From: Mobula hypostoma
Taxonomy: Eukaryota
Length of the DNA: 64,000 nt
Direction: 5' to 3'
NCBI RefSeq assembly: GCF_963921235.1
Contig: NC_086102.1
Span: 141,918,001 to 141,982,000, forward strand
In this document: in pieces, positions 24,210-36,714 of the stretch
How the letters are laid out: each line of letters starts with the position of its first letter
How positions within the stretch are numbered: position 1 is the first letter of the stretch
Notes under the pieces: generated by a model
Database searches by the model: none
Seen by the model: only the letters and a program-made list of their open reading frames with translations
What the model was told of the DNA's origin: nothing
Translations under genes and position numbers: made by a program

Positions 24210-26850
24210 ATGACCCTAATACTCCTTGGAGAGAACCTTCCAAACTCTCAACCTCCACCAGCGAAAAGGACAAGGGCAGAAACAGCATGGAAACACCTCC
24301 ATCTGGAAGTTGCCTCCATGCCACACTCACTCGTGAAGATATGAAAATACCAGAAGTTACACTGGATATGTTTAACGTGGTTATAAATACAACCACAACT
24401 GGAAAAAATACCAGTAGTGATAATATTCATAAATATTGGTATAAAAATGTACTTGCCTTTACTCGTACCTATTAACGCATGTCAACAATTTTCTTAAAAT
24501 CCTGAAAAAGTGTCCGAATTTTTGACAGAAGTTACTACTTATCTCTTACCTAAAGGAGAAATCACACATGATCCATCAAAATATTTTCCTATTACTTGTT
24601 GACAAAGTATATACAAATTGTCACATCATGCATCTCACAACTAATTTCCACTCTTAGATAACCACTATATACTTAAAGAAGAGCAGAAAGGATGCAAAGA
24701 ACAACTGATAATAAATTCTGTAATTCCAAGTCAAGCTTGGAGGAAATGCAGAAAACTTCCATGTTGTTATTGAGACTACCAAAAGCATTTGATTTGGTCT
24801 CACAGTCATGTTTAATAGAAGTTCTTAAAATATATAAACCATACCCAATACTTGTGAAATTCTTTCAACATCTGATCAAGCATTGGTGTACTATCTTTTA
24901 ACAACCAAAAGATAACTACCACTGTTATCAAAATAATGCGAGTCATTTTCCAGCTTGACTCTAAGCCCACTAGGTTTTTGTCCAGCATTAAACCCTTCTC
25001 TAATTTACTGAATCTGATGAAAATAATTCAAATCAGAAACAACCGAATGAATTGTACCTTGACACACCTATACATGGACAATTTGAAATTATATACCCCT
25101 TCATCAGTAAAGCTAAAGCAATTAATTCAAAAGGTATAACTATTTTCGAATGATATAAACATGTACTTTGGACTAATAAGCGCAGAATGTTAAACATAAA
25201 GAAAGTTGCAATATTGCTAATAGAATATAAAACAGAGCAGCAGGATACAAGTGATGGATAACCATGAAATATGTAAGTATTTGGGATACCAACAAGCAAA
25301 CAAAACAGAACATTGCAAAATAAAGGGAAAACATTCAGCAGAATTTATTTCAAGGCTTAAGAAAATCTTTCAAACAGAGCTCAATAGTAAAATATAACAA
25401 GAGTAATAGATACTTTCACTACAGCCATATTGATGTATTGAATAAGAACTGAAATGAGAAACTTTAGAAAACACTATTGACCCTTGAACACACTAAGGAG
25501 AGAAAGAGGAAAAGGAATAACTGACATAAAAAGTTTACACAATAGTCAGTTAAAACTCCTAAGGATACAGTTTCATCAATGTAAACAGGATCCAACGTTC
25601 CATGCGAGCATATGTAATTCTCATAAGTACACACAAATGAACATAAATGAAGGAATTATCACTATAGAAGAAAAAGTTAACCAATGAAACAGCATGACCC
25701 TCCATGGAAGACCTCTCCATGATATGAGCAAAGTAGATGTCGACAAGGAAGCGTTGAATGCCTGACTCTGAGTTGGAGACTTCTTCCCAGAAACAGAAGG
25801 ATTCCTTGTGGAAATGCTGGACCAGGTGGTTAACACAAAAATTATCAAAAATACATAATAAAAAACAACAAATTCAAGACAATTAATGCAAAAAATGCCA
25901 GGAGAAACCAGAGGCAATCCAGCAAATTACAGGATCCTGTAGCAGTTTAACTCAACCTGATTACTTACACAGGCACAATCAAAAGGCAAATATAATTCAC
26001 TGAAATCTTGCGTTAGAGTACAAACTCATAAAAGACACCATACCTTGCTATAAATCTGGTCTTATCCAGTTTTAGAGTCAGAGTTTGACAAATTATATGC
26101 TGAACAATTTGTGATTAATGCTAGGACAATCTATAGTAACCATCCGGATATAATAATACAAGATAAACAAGCTCGAACAACTTGCTTACCAGATGTAGAT
26201 ATTCTAAACACACATAACCTACAGAAATCAATAAGTTTAAAACACCAGAGATATGCTGAATTAAAAGAGGAAATTGAATGCCTATGGACTATGAATAGGT
26301 TATTCATTATCCCATTTGTAATATAGAACATAGAACAGTACAGCACAGTACAGGCCCTTCAGCCCACAATGTTGTGCCGACCCTTAAACCCTGCATCCCA
26401 TATAACCCCCCACCTTAAATTCCTCCATATACCTGTCCAGTAGTCTCTTAAATTTCGCTAGTGTATCTGCTTCCACCACTGACTCAGGCAGTGCATTCCA
26501 CACACCAACCACTCTATGAGTAAAAAATCTTCCTCTAATATCCCCCTTGAACTTCCCACCCCTTACCTTAAAGCCATGTCCTCTTGTATTGAGCAGTGGT
26601 GCCCTGGGGGAGTGGCGCTGGCTGTCCACTCTATCCATTCCTCTTAATCTACAATTGGTACATCCCAAAGTCACCACAGAATTGCATTAAACAATTAGGG
26701 ATAGATGACAATATCTGTGATTGAAGTTCCAGAAAGTCACAGTACTAAACACCACTCGAATAGTCCGAAAATTCATAGCAATTAAGAAATGAGTGTGCAC
26801 AGCAATTCCTGTACCTCAGGTTTTACCAGCGTGAGCAGAAAAAAGAAAGT
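24210..26850 (+). mobile_element. R4/Dong-like fossil, copy C
   Basis: Collinear with copy A; HLYMDNLKLY, RTIYSNHPDIIIQDKQ..D..NTHN..RYAELKEEI (26111..26326). Confidence 0.75.
26325..26647 (-). mobile_element. 5'-truncated CR1 3' end inserted in R4 copy C
   Basis: TRGHGFKVRGGKFKGDIRGRFFTHRVVGVWNALP..FKRLLDRYM; (ttctatg)n tail; flanks rejoin to paralogous R4 sequence. Confidence 0.85.
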
Positions 26851-26864
26851 AATATTTAATAAAT

Positions 26865-28010
26865 AAGCAATAAACTTCAAGAACATGAGATGAAGAGTCC
26901 TTGAGAGCAAGTCCATAGGTTGTGGAGCAGTACAGAGACGTGACAAGTGATGTTATCCTCAGTGGTTCAAGAACCGGATGCTTTAGGATTAATAACTGTT
27001 CCTAAACATGGTGGTGTGAATCTTGAGGCTCCTGTAACTTCCTCTAGAGAACATCAGTACGAAGAGAGCATGACATGGGTGGTGGAAGGTCTCTGATCAT
27101 GGATGCTGCTTTCCTGTGACAGAGCTCTATGTAAATGTACTCATTGCTGGGGAGGGCTTTACCTGGGATGGACTGGCTCATATCCACTACTTTTTGTATG
27201 TTTATGTTCAAGAATATTGGTGTTTCCAACCCAGGCCATGATGCAACCAGTCAATCTATAGAAATTTGTAAGAGTTTCTGATGTCAAGCTGAATCCTTCC
27301 ATCAAGTATTGCAGGGGGCCAGGTGCACCTCTGATGATGGTGAAGGTGGAGGAGAATTTGTTGCCAGTCCAAACTGACTGGCAGTAATTGAAACGTTTCA
27401 TGATGATCATTCAAAACACTTCATCACAGTGGATGAAAGTGCTACTGGATGATAATCATTGAGGCAAGTTATTATGTTCTTCTTAGGCACTGGTATAACT
27501 GGTGGAACACTCTAGCCAGTTCATCAGCACAGGTTTTTAGTTCTTGGCCAGGTGCCCCATCTGGGCCAGATAATTTCCATGGCCTCACCCTCCTTAAGGA
27601 TGCTCCCACATTTGCCTCAGACACTGAAATCACAGGGTTGTCAGGACTTGAGGGAGTTCATGATTGTTCTTCCATATTTTGATGGACGAAAATTAGTACA
27701 GAAGACTTTGAGCTCATCAGGAATTGAAGCCCTGTTGCTTGATTTCACTTTATAAGAAGTGATAGCATTCAAGCACTGTCACAGCAGTTCAGCATCCTTC
27801 ATTGGTTTGAGTTTAGCCCAGAATTGCCACTTTGCTCGTGAGATGGCTTTCCGGAGACTGTACTTGGACCTCTTGTAACTTTCCTGGTTGCCAGACATGA
27901 ATGTCTCTGATCTGGCCCTCAACAGATTGCCAATCTCAGGGATTATCCAGCGCTTCTATTTGGGGACATCACTGAATGATTTTGTAGAGACACACTTGTC
28001 TAAGACTGTT
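26865..28010 (-). mobile_element. Rex1/Babar fossil copy C
   Basis: Collinear with copy A, with internal deletions. Confidence 0.7.
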
Positions 28011-28549
28011 TTTCATAAACCACCGGCTTATCAGAGGCAATTATTGATTTATTGACCTCTTTCACATCAGAAAAATGAACTAAAAGGAATGGGATATCAC
28101 AAGTGTAGTGAGGAAATCTGGAATGTGGAGGTAATTGAAATGCTGAGTGTATGTGTACAGTTCTTCACTGACAGGAGAGTGGAAGGCTTTGACTTCAATG
28201 CGTGCAACAAGAGAAGTGGGGAAAACATAATGAATGTCGGAGGTGGGAAAGCTACAAGGAACCACTGTGAAATGAGGATCAAGGGGGTTATGAAGGGAGA
28301 GGCAGCAAAGATTATTGAAGGTGAATCACATTTAACTCATCTGGCTGAATTCGCTGATGAAAGAGTAGAGGTGGCTGATCAGTGTTGTGTAGCAGAAACT
28401 GTACAGATGGAGTTTTAAAAGACACTTGTCAGTTTAACAAGATTACTCCTCAGTTTAGGCAGTTTGTGAAAGTAATTCAAAATTCTACCTGACCTAGGTG
28501 AATGGACCTGAATGAAATGTAGCTGTGATTGTTCCTGAACTATTTGGTT

Positions 28550-28786
28550 GAAACAATTAAAATGATAAGAAAGCACAACTGAAAGAATCCACGATGCAAC
28601 AAATGTCTTTCTGCTGTTTTTCTACAACAAAGAATAAAGGATTTTGCTACATTTTGCTGATGTTTTATGTTGCATCACCCGAGCAACAAGAAACTGCCTA
28701 GTGAGGCCTTTCTACGCTGCATATAAATACCAACTTGTGTTAGGCAGTGAAACATTCAGCTAGTTACCAGACTCACTGTGTTCAAT
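28550..28786 (+). promoter_or_regulatory. crystallin proximal promoter copy 3
   Basis: TATAAATA 28722-28729; ATTTTGCTGATG motif. Confidence 0.7.
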
Positions 28787-30508
28787 ATGGGAAAGGCAAG
28801 GACTACTCAGTAAATGAACTAAATGAGAATTCTTCATGAATACCTGAACAACTATTAACACAGATATGTTTCTTCCCACAGATCATCTTCTACGAGGACA
28901 GGAACTTCCAGGGTCGGCACTATGAGTGCAGCTCCGACTGTGCCGACCTCTCCCCTTACTTCAGCCGCTGTAACTCCATCCGTGTCGAGAGTGACTGGTG
29001 GGTGGTGTACGAGAGACCCAACTACATGGGATACCAGTATGTCCTGAGAAGGGGAGAGTATCCTGACTACCAGCGCTGGATGGGATTCAATGACTGTGTC
29101 AAATCCTGTCGCAGTTACCCATATGTAAGTTTCATTTTTTGTTCGGATGTTTTACTGTTTGGCTCTGAAAATGGAGAATTTGCCCAACAAGTACCTAATA
29201 TGTATCAAATATGTCTGAGTGCATTAGTATGCCCGGGTATTTCAATGTAAATGAGGAAATAGTGTTGAGTCTCTTAAAGACCATTCAAGTGGATATGTCT
29301 ACAGGGCCGAATGAAATATACCTCTGGTTATTGAGAGAGGCAAGACATTGGATAACTGGAACATTCACTAAAATCTTCACATCTTTTCCAACCATCTGGA
29401 TTTTTGCATGCAGTTTTGGTCACACCGTTATAGGAATGATATCAAGAGTTTGGAGAGGGTGCCGAGCAGGCTTTTCAGGATGATGCCCAGTTTAGCCCAG
29501 TTTAGACAGCATGTGCTATGACAAGAGGTTGGACAAGCCCGAGTTATTTTCTCTGGAGTGGTGGAGGCTAAGGGAAGGCCTGACAGAGCTTTGTAAGATT
29601 ATGAGGGGCGTAGATAGAGTAAACAAATGGGATCTTTTTCCCAGGGTTAAAATATCTCGTACCAGAGAACATACATATAAGGTGAGTGGGTGTGAGTTCA
29701 AAGAAGATGTGAGTGGCAAGCTTTTACACAGAGAGGGATGGGTACCTGGCAACCACTGACCGGGTTGGTGTTAGCAGACACAATAGGGGGATTTAAGAGA
29801 TGTTTAGTTACACACATGAATGTGAGGGAAGTGAAAGGGTATGGACATTGTTTAAGCAGAAGGGATTAGTTGAGTTGGCCATTTAATTTAAATAGCCAAC
29901 TAAATTTAGATTTACTAATTTAGTTGGTTTTGCACAACATTGTAGGCCAAAGGGCTTGTTCTTATGCTCTACCTGTTCTCTGTTTATGTTCTAAATGCAG
30001 AATTTCTCATATTTTTCCCTGAGTTTTCCTTTACCATATGTTAGAACCAGCAGCAATGCTGGTTGGAGGCATCTTTAAGACAAATAATAAGTGAAATGAT
30101 CAATTTGTATCTGACTTTAACGCCCGTTGAAGTCAATGTTCAGTTTATGAATTGATGTTCAGATGTCGTGTACAATGAGTGAATGATCTCTCAAATATCA
30201 TGAGTAAAACTGCTTTTTAAAATCTATTCCAGTACCGAGGCGGCACCTACAAAATGAGGATTTACGAAAGGCCTGACTTTGAGGGGCAGATGATGGAATT
30301 CATGGAAGACTGTCCCTCTGTCTACGATCGTTTCCATTACCGTGACATCCACTCCTGTCAGGTGATGGATGGCTACTGGATCTTCTATGAACATCCCAAC
30401 TACAGAGGCCGACAGTACTTCCTGAGACCCGGGGAATACAGGAGATACAGTGACTGGGGCGGCTACAACTCAACCATTGGGTCCTTCAGGCGCATGAGGG
30501 ACTTCTAA
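28787..30508 (+). CDS. gamma-crystallin copy 3, 175 aa; join(28787..28795,28882..29124,30233..30508)
   Basis: Same exon structure, open frame, intact splice sites, TATAAATA 28722, AATAAA 30559. Exon 3 is the most divergent of the intact copies ([18 protein letters not shown]...NSTIGSF). Confidence 0.96.
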
Positions 30509-31434
30509 AAGTCACTCTTGAAAATCTGATTTTATCTTGTTGAAATATTTATGGAGTTAATAAAATACCTTTGATGACACGATCAGCTCATTTAATTCAT
30601 TTACCCTGATTCCACTGAAAATCACTGTAAAACAGTAATTATAATCTGAGGTCCACATTAAATTGTTTTACCTGAGTTGGTTCCAGTTAACAGATAACAT
30701 TGTGATGATTCATCGGAGGCTGAAAAATATAAACTGAATAGGAAGTTGTCCTTCTCCTCTTGTTTTATTATGTCTATTGTGTGGCATTGAGCTCCATTTC
30801 TAAAATTTATTTCCCATGAATTTAATGAGTACAGATATCTATCTTTATGATTTCCATGATTCTGATGGTTTTGTGAAATGTCTTCACAAAAGTATTAATA
30901 ACATAAGTAGAGACATGAGTTAAAAAGCACAGAAAATGGCACTTTTCTAAGCTTCAAAGCTTCATTTTATTTTTAATGTATGCATGGACAGTACAACTCT
31001 GATGTTTGTCTTCTCCAGATAACCATGAAATACACAAAAACCATGGTAGTTTTATATGAAGTAAGTAACCACTGTAAAGATAAAGCTTCCCCCAGAGTGA
31101 AGGAAACTGCTGTAAGACACTTACAACATGAGATACCTGGATAAAGTGGAGGGTCGCAGTATCCTGCACATTGTAGAGGAGTATAAAATTAGAGGGCATA
31201 GTTTAGGATGAGAGAGGGCAGAGAAGACCTGAAGAGCTCACGTTTCACACAGAGCATAGTGGGTATGTGGAACAATCTATCAGAGGAATTTGTTAATTTC
31301 AATGTTTAAATGACATTTAGACAGGTACATGGATTGCAAATATGCATCAATGCAGGCAAGTAGGATTGATAAAGGTGAACAAATTGGTCAACATGCCTGA
31401 CATGGGCTGAAAAGCCTGTGCTGTATAACTCCAT

Positions 31435-34430
31435 GACCCAAGTACTCCCTGGAGAGAACCTTCCAAACTCTCAACCTCCACCAGCGAAAAGGATAAGGGT
31501 AGCAACAGCATGGAAACACCTCCACCTGGAAGTTACCTCCAAGCCAAACTATTTTCACAAGATATGAAAACACCTGAAGTTAAAATGGATATGTTAGATG
31601 CAGTTATAAAAATACCCACAACTGGAAAAGTACCACCAGTGATAATATTCATTATTATTGGTATAAAAAATTTACTTGCCTTCATCCATACTTATTAACA
31701 CATATCAATGGTTTTCTTAAAACTTCCCTCTTACGTAAAGAGGAAATCACAAATCACCCATCAAAATATTGTCCTGTTGTTTGTTTACAAATTCATATGC
31801 ATCTCAACTAATTGCCACTCACTTAGATAACCACTACGGCCTTTCAGAAGATCAGAAAGGATGCTGTCAGGGTACGAACGGATATAAAGAACAACTGGTA
31901 ATAGATTCTGTAATTCTAAATCCAGCCTGGAGGAAATTCAGAAATGTTTCATGTTGTTATCCAGACTACCAAAAAGCATTTGATTCTGTCCTACACTCAT
32001 GGTTAGTAGAAGTTCTTAATATATACAGCATAAACTACATCCAATATTTGTGAAAATCCTTCAGCATCTTATGAAGCATTTGGGTACTACGATCACCTTA
32101 TCTATTAATAACCGAAAAAAATACAACCACTGTATCAAAATAAAGTGAAGCATTTTCCAGGATGACTCTGTAAGCCAACTATAGTTTTGTCTAGCTCTAA
32201 TTTAATGAATTGGGTGAAAATATGGTATCAAATCCAAAACAACCAAACGAATTACACCATGATACACCTTCTATACATGCACAATTTGAAATTATACGCT
32301 CCTTCATCAGTAAATCCAAAACAATTAATTCAAATAAAATTAATTCAAATAGCAGAACTATTTTCAAAAGATATAAACGTGAACTTCGGACTAGATTAAT
32401 GCAGCGCATTAAACGTAAGGTAAAATGCAATAGAGCTAATAGAATACAAAACAGAGCAGCAGGATACAATACAACCAATGGATAATTATGAAATATGTAA
32501 GTATTTGGGATATCAACAAGCAAAGAGAACAGATCATAGTGAAATAAAGTGAAACATTCGATAAAATTTACCTCAAGACTTAAGAAAATCCTTTAGAGCT
32601 CAATAGTAAAATATAACAAAGGCAAAGAACACTTTCGCTGCAGCCATATTAATGTATTGTTTTGGCATAATATCTTGGTGTAAATCCGATCTGGATAATT
32701 TACCAAGAAAAACAAGAACTGAAATAAAACATCTTAGAAAACTCTATGTGCATCTGAGCGCACTTAGGCTAACACAGCCTAGGACTGAAGGAGGAAGAAG
32801 AATATCAGATGTAAAAACTTTACACAACAGATGGAATAAAACTACTAAGGATATAGTTTCATCAGTGAAAACAGGATTCAGTATTCTATGTGAGCATATG
32901 TAATTCTGATAAGAAGTACACACAACTAAACTTAAATGAATGCACAACCCAGATAAATTAAGAAATGTTCACTATAGAAGAGAAAGTTATCCATAGGAAG
33001 AGCATGATGCTCCATGGAAGACATCCCATGATCCGAGCAGACAAGATGTCGACAAGGAAGCGACAAATGCCTGGCTCTGCGTTGGAGACCTCTTTGCAGA
33101 ACTGGAAGGAGTCCTTGTGACAATACAGGACCAGGTAGTTAACACAAAAAATTAACAAACCAGCATAATAAAAGACTAACAAATTCAAGACAGTAAAAGC
33201 AGAAAATGCCAAGAGAAACCTAACAATCGAACATATTACAGGATCCTACAGCAATTTAACTCAATCTGATACCTTACACAGGCACAATCAAGTAGCAAAC
33301 ATCATTCACCAAAATATGAAAGACACCATACTTTACTTTAAATCAAGTCTTTTCCAGTTTCGGAGTCAGAGGTTGAAAAATTATATTCTGACCAATTTCT
33401 GACCAGATATAATAGTGCAGGGTAAACAAACTAGAAGAACTGGGAGGGAGGAGAAGATGGCGATGTGATGCAGCACGCACGGCCGTTCTGAATGAATATC
33501 AATTATGTGTAACTAGGGGGCCGTGCACAATCTGGATTTGATGGAGACGGCTGTGAGAAGCGCAGAGAAACATCTGGAGTAACTTCTGAAATGCCTGTTT
33601 CGCTGTCGCTGCTACTGTGCAATCGAGAATCTCCGGAGACAAAGGCCCCAAATCCTCGGCTTTGCGTATCGCCTGTTGCTGGGGCCGGAGTCGAAGCGCT
33701 CGGCAGAGATGGTGCTCGGTGCTCGGTGTCGGAGAGCTGGTCGGAGGCTTGGAGTTTCCGGACGGACTCGGAGTCGGACTGTAGTCAGATGCTTCCAGGA
33801 TGCTGCATCGGCAAGTTGGCGGCGCTGGAGGTTTACCATCTGCGTGAGATGATGGGACTTTCGAGAGACTTTGAGACTTTTACTGTACCTTCGTCTGTTC
33901 TTATCAAATTACAGTATTGCTTTGCACTGCTGTAACTATATGTTATAATTATGTGGTTTTTGTTAATTTTTAAGTCGGTTTGTCATGTGTTTTCATGATA
34001 TCATTCTGGAAAAACATTGTATCATTTCTTAATGCATGCATTACTAAATGACAATAAAAGGGGACTGCGTGTCCTCATAATCATAATCATAATCAACTTA
34101 CTTAGCAGATACAGATATTCCAAATACACATAACATACAGAAATCAATAGTGAAGTAAAACAGAAATATGCTGAATTAAAAGAGGAAGTTGAATGCCTAT
34201 GGATCATCAACAGTTCATACATTATCCCACTGGTAATATCTACAATTGGTATCATCGTAAGGTCACCACAGAATTGTATTAAACAACTTGGGCAAGACGG
34301 CAATATCTATGATGTTAATACTAAACCATAGAATAGTCCGGAAGTTCGCAGCAACTGAGAAATGATAGTGCTTGGAGAGTCCTTGTACCTCAGGTTTTAC
34401 CAGCTTGAGCTGAGAAAAAAAAGTAATGTT
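31435..34430 (+). mobile_element. R4/Dong-like fossil, copy D
   Basis: DQKGCCQG..KEQLVIDSVIL..DYQKAFDSV.HSWL (31769..32053); YCFGIISW..RLTQPR.EGGR (32652..32903). Confidence 0.75.
33442..34094 (+). mobile_element. ~0.65-kb non-autonomous retroelement, copy B
   Basis: Starts gggagggaggagaagatggcg, ends (taatca)n; 4-bp TSD aact (33438-33441, 34095-34098); flanks rejoin to R4 sequence. Confidence 0.85.
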
Positions 34431-34434
34431 TAAT

Positions 34435-35865
34435 AAATAATCAATAAATATCGAGATAATGAGATGAAGAGTCCTTGAAAGTGAGTCCATAGGTTGTGGA
34501 AACAGTTTGGTAGTTGCAGAGCCTGATGCTTGAGGATTAATACCTGTTTCTAAACCTGGGGTGTCCGTCCTGAGTCTCCTGTACCTTCTTTTTGAGAGCA
34601 GCAGTAAGAAGAGAGGTTGGTGGGGTCACTGGTGATGATGTTACTGTTCTGTGACAGAGCTCTGTGTGGATGTGCTTATTGGTGAAGAGAGCTCTACTAT
34701 GATGGACTGGCCTGTATCCAATACTTTTTGTAGGACCTTACATTCAAGGATATTGGTGTTTCCATACCAGGCTGTGATGTAGCCAGTCAATCTACAGAAA
34801 TTTGTCAGAGTCTCAGCTGTCAAGTTGAATCATTGTAATCGAGTATCGCAGGGCGGCTACGCACACAACTTTGTGGTGCACCTTTGATGATGGAGATTGT
34901 GGAGCAGAAATTGTTGCCAATCAAAACTGACTGGGATCTGCAAATGAGGAAACCAAGTGTCCAATTACGCAAGGAGGTATTGAGGCTAATGTCTTGGAGC
35001 TTATTGATTAGTTTTGTGGGGATGATAGTATTGAATGCTGATCTGTAGTCAATAAAGAGCATTCTGATGTATGCATCTTTGCTGTCCAGATGTTCCAGAA
35101 TTGAGTGAGGACCCAATGGATTGGAATCTATTGTGGCCTGTTGTTCTGAAAGACAAAGTGGAGCAGATCCAAGTCACTTCTCAGGCTGGTGTTGATATGC
35201 TTCATAATCAACCACTCTAAACACTTCATCACAGAGGATGTAAGTGCTACTGGGATGATGGTTACTGAGGCAGGTTACCATGTTCTTTTTATACACCAGT
35301 ATAATTGAATCCTGCTTGAAGCAGATGGGTACATCAGACTGCTGAAGCAAGAGGTTAAATATCTCATGGAACACCCAGCCAGTTGATCAGCTCAGGTTTT
35401 TAGTACTTGGCCAGGTGTCGCATCTGGGCCAAATGATGTCCATGCGTTCACCCTCCTGAGGATGCTCTCATGTTGGCTTCAGAGACCAAACACACAGGGT
35501 CATTGGGAATCGTGGGACTTCAGGATGGTTCTTCCTTATTTTGATGGTCAAAGCGAGCATACAATTCATTGAGCTCATCTGGAAGTGAAGCCTTGATTTC
35601 ACTTTGTAAGAAGTGATAGCATTCAAGCACTGCCACAGCTGTTGAGCATCTTTCATTGGTTTGAGTTTAGCCCAGAATCGCCACTTCGCTCATGGGATGG
35701 CTTTCCGGAGATTGCAGTTGGAACTCTTGGAACTTCCTTGGTTGCCAGACATGAATGTCTCTGATCTGTCCCTCAGCAGAGTTCAGATCAAGTGATTCAT
35801 CCAGCATTTCCATATGGGGAAATATCTGAATGATTTTGTGGTGACACAATCGTATGAGACTGCTT
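34435..35865 (-). mobile_element. Rex1/Babar fossil copy D
   Basis: ILEHLDSKDAYIRMLFIDYRSAFNTIIP..GAPQ.CV (34820..35116). Confidence 0.8.
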
Positions 35866-36409
35866 TTATAAACAACCAGCTTATCAGAGGCAATTATTGA
35901 TAGATCGATCTTTTTGACATCAGAAAAATGAATTGAAAGGAAGGGATATCACAAGTGTAGTGAGGAAATCCAGAATGTGGAGGCGACTGAAATGCTGAGT
36001 GTGTGTGTACAGTTCTTCACTGACAGGAGAGTGGAAGGCTTTGACTGTTCAACGTGTTCAACAAGAGAAGTGGAGCAAACATAATGAATGCAGGAGGTGG
36101 GAAAACTACAAGGAACCACAGTGAAAGACAATATTAACTCTCACTTGGAGGATCAAGGGGTTATGATGGGAGAGGCAGCAGATATTATTAAAGACAAATC
36201 ACAACTGAATTGGCTGAAGAAAAAATAGAGGTGACTGATCAGTGTTGTGTAGCAGAAGCTGTATAGATGGATTTTCAAAAGATGTTTGTCAGTTTAATGA
36301 AGTACGGCTTTACTTTTGGCAGTTCGGGAAAGAGAACCAAACTACTACTCAGACAAAGGTGAATAGACCTGGGTGATATGTAGCTATGAATGTTCCTGAA
36401 CTGTTTGGT

Positions 36410-36714
36410 TTAAACAACAATTAAAATGATAAGAAAGCACAACTGAAAGAATGCACAATGCAACAAATGTCTTTCTGTTGTTTTTCTACAATAAATGGAA
36501 AAAAGGATTTTGCTGCATTTTGCTGATGTTTAATGTTGTGTCATCAGAACAACAAGAAACTGCCTAGTGAGGCCTTTCTACCCTGTATATAAATACCAAC
36601 TTGTGTTAGGCAGTGAAACATTCAGCTGGTTACCAGACTCACTGTGTTCAAAATGGGGAAGGCAAGGGCTACTCAGTAAATGAACTAAATGAGAATTCTT
36701 CATGAACACCTGAG
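36410..36714 (+). pseudogene. gamma-crystallin 5' remnant (copy 4): promoter, exon 1 (36653..36661, MGK) and first ~53 nt of intron 1; exons 2-3 deleted
   Basis: Near-identical to the other promoters (TATAAATA 36588), ATG GGG AAG/gcaagg, then at ...gaacacctgag the sequence jumps into an R4-like fossil with no acceptor or exon 2. Confidence 0.9.
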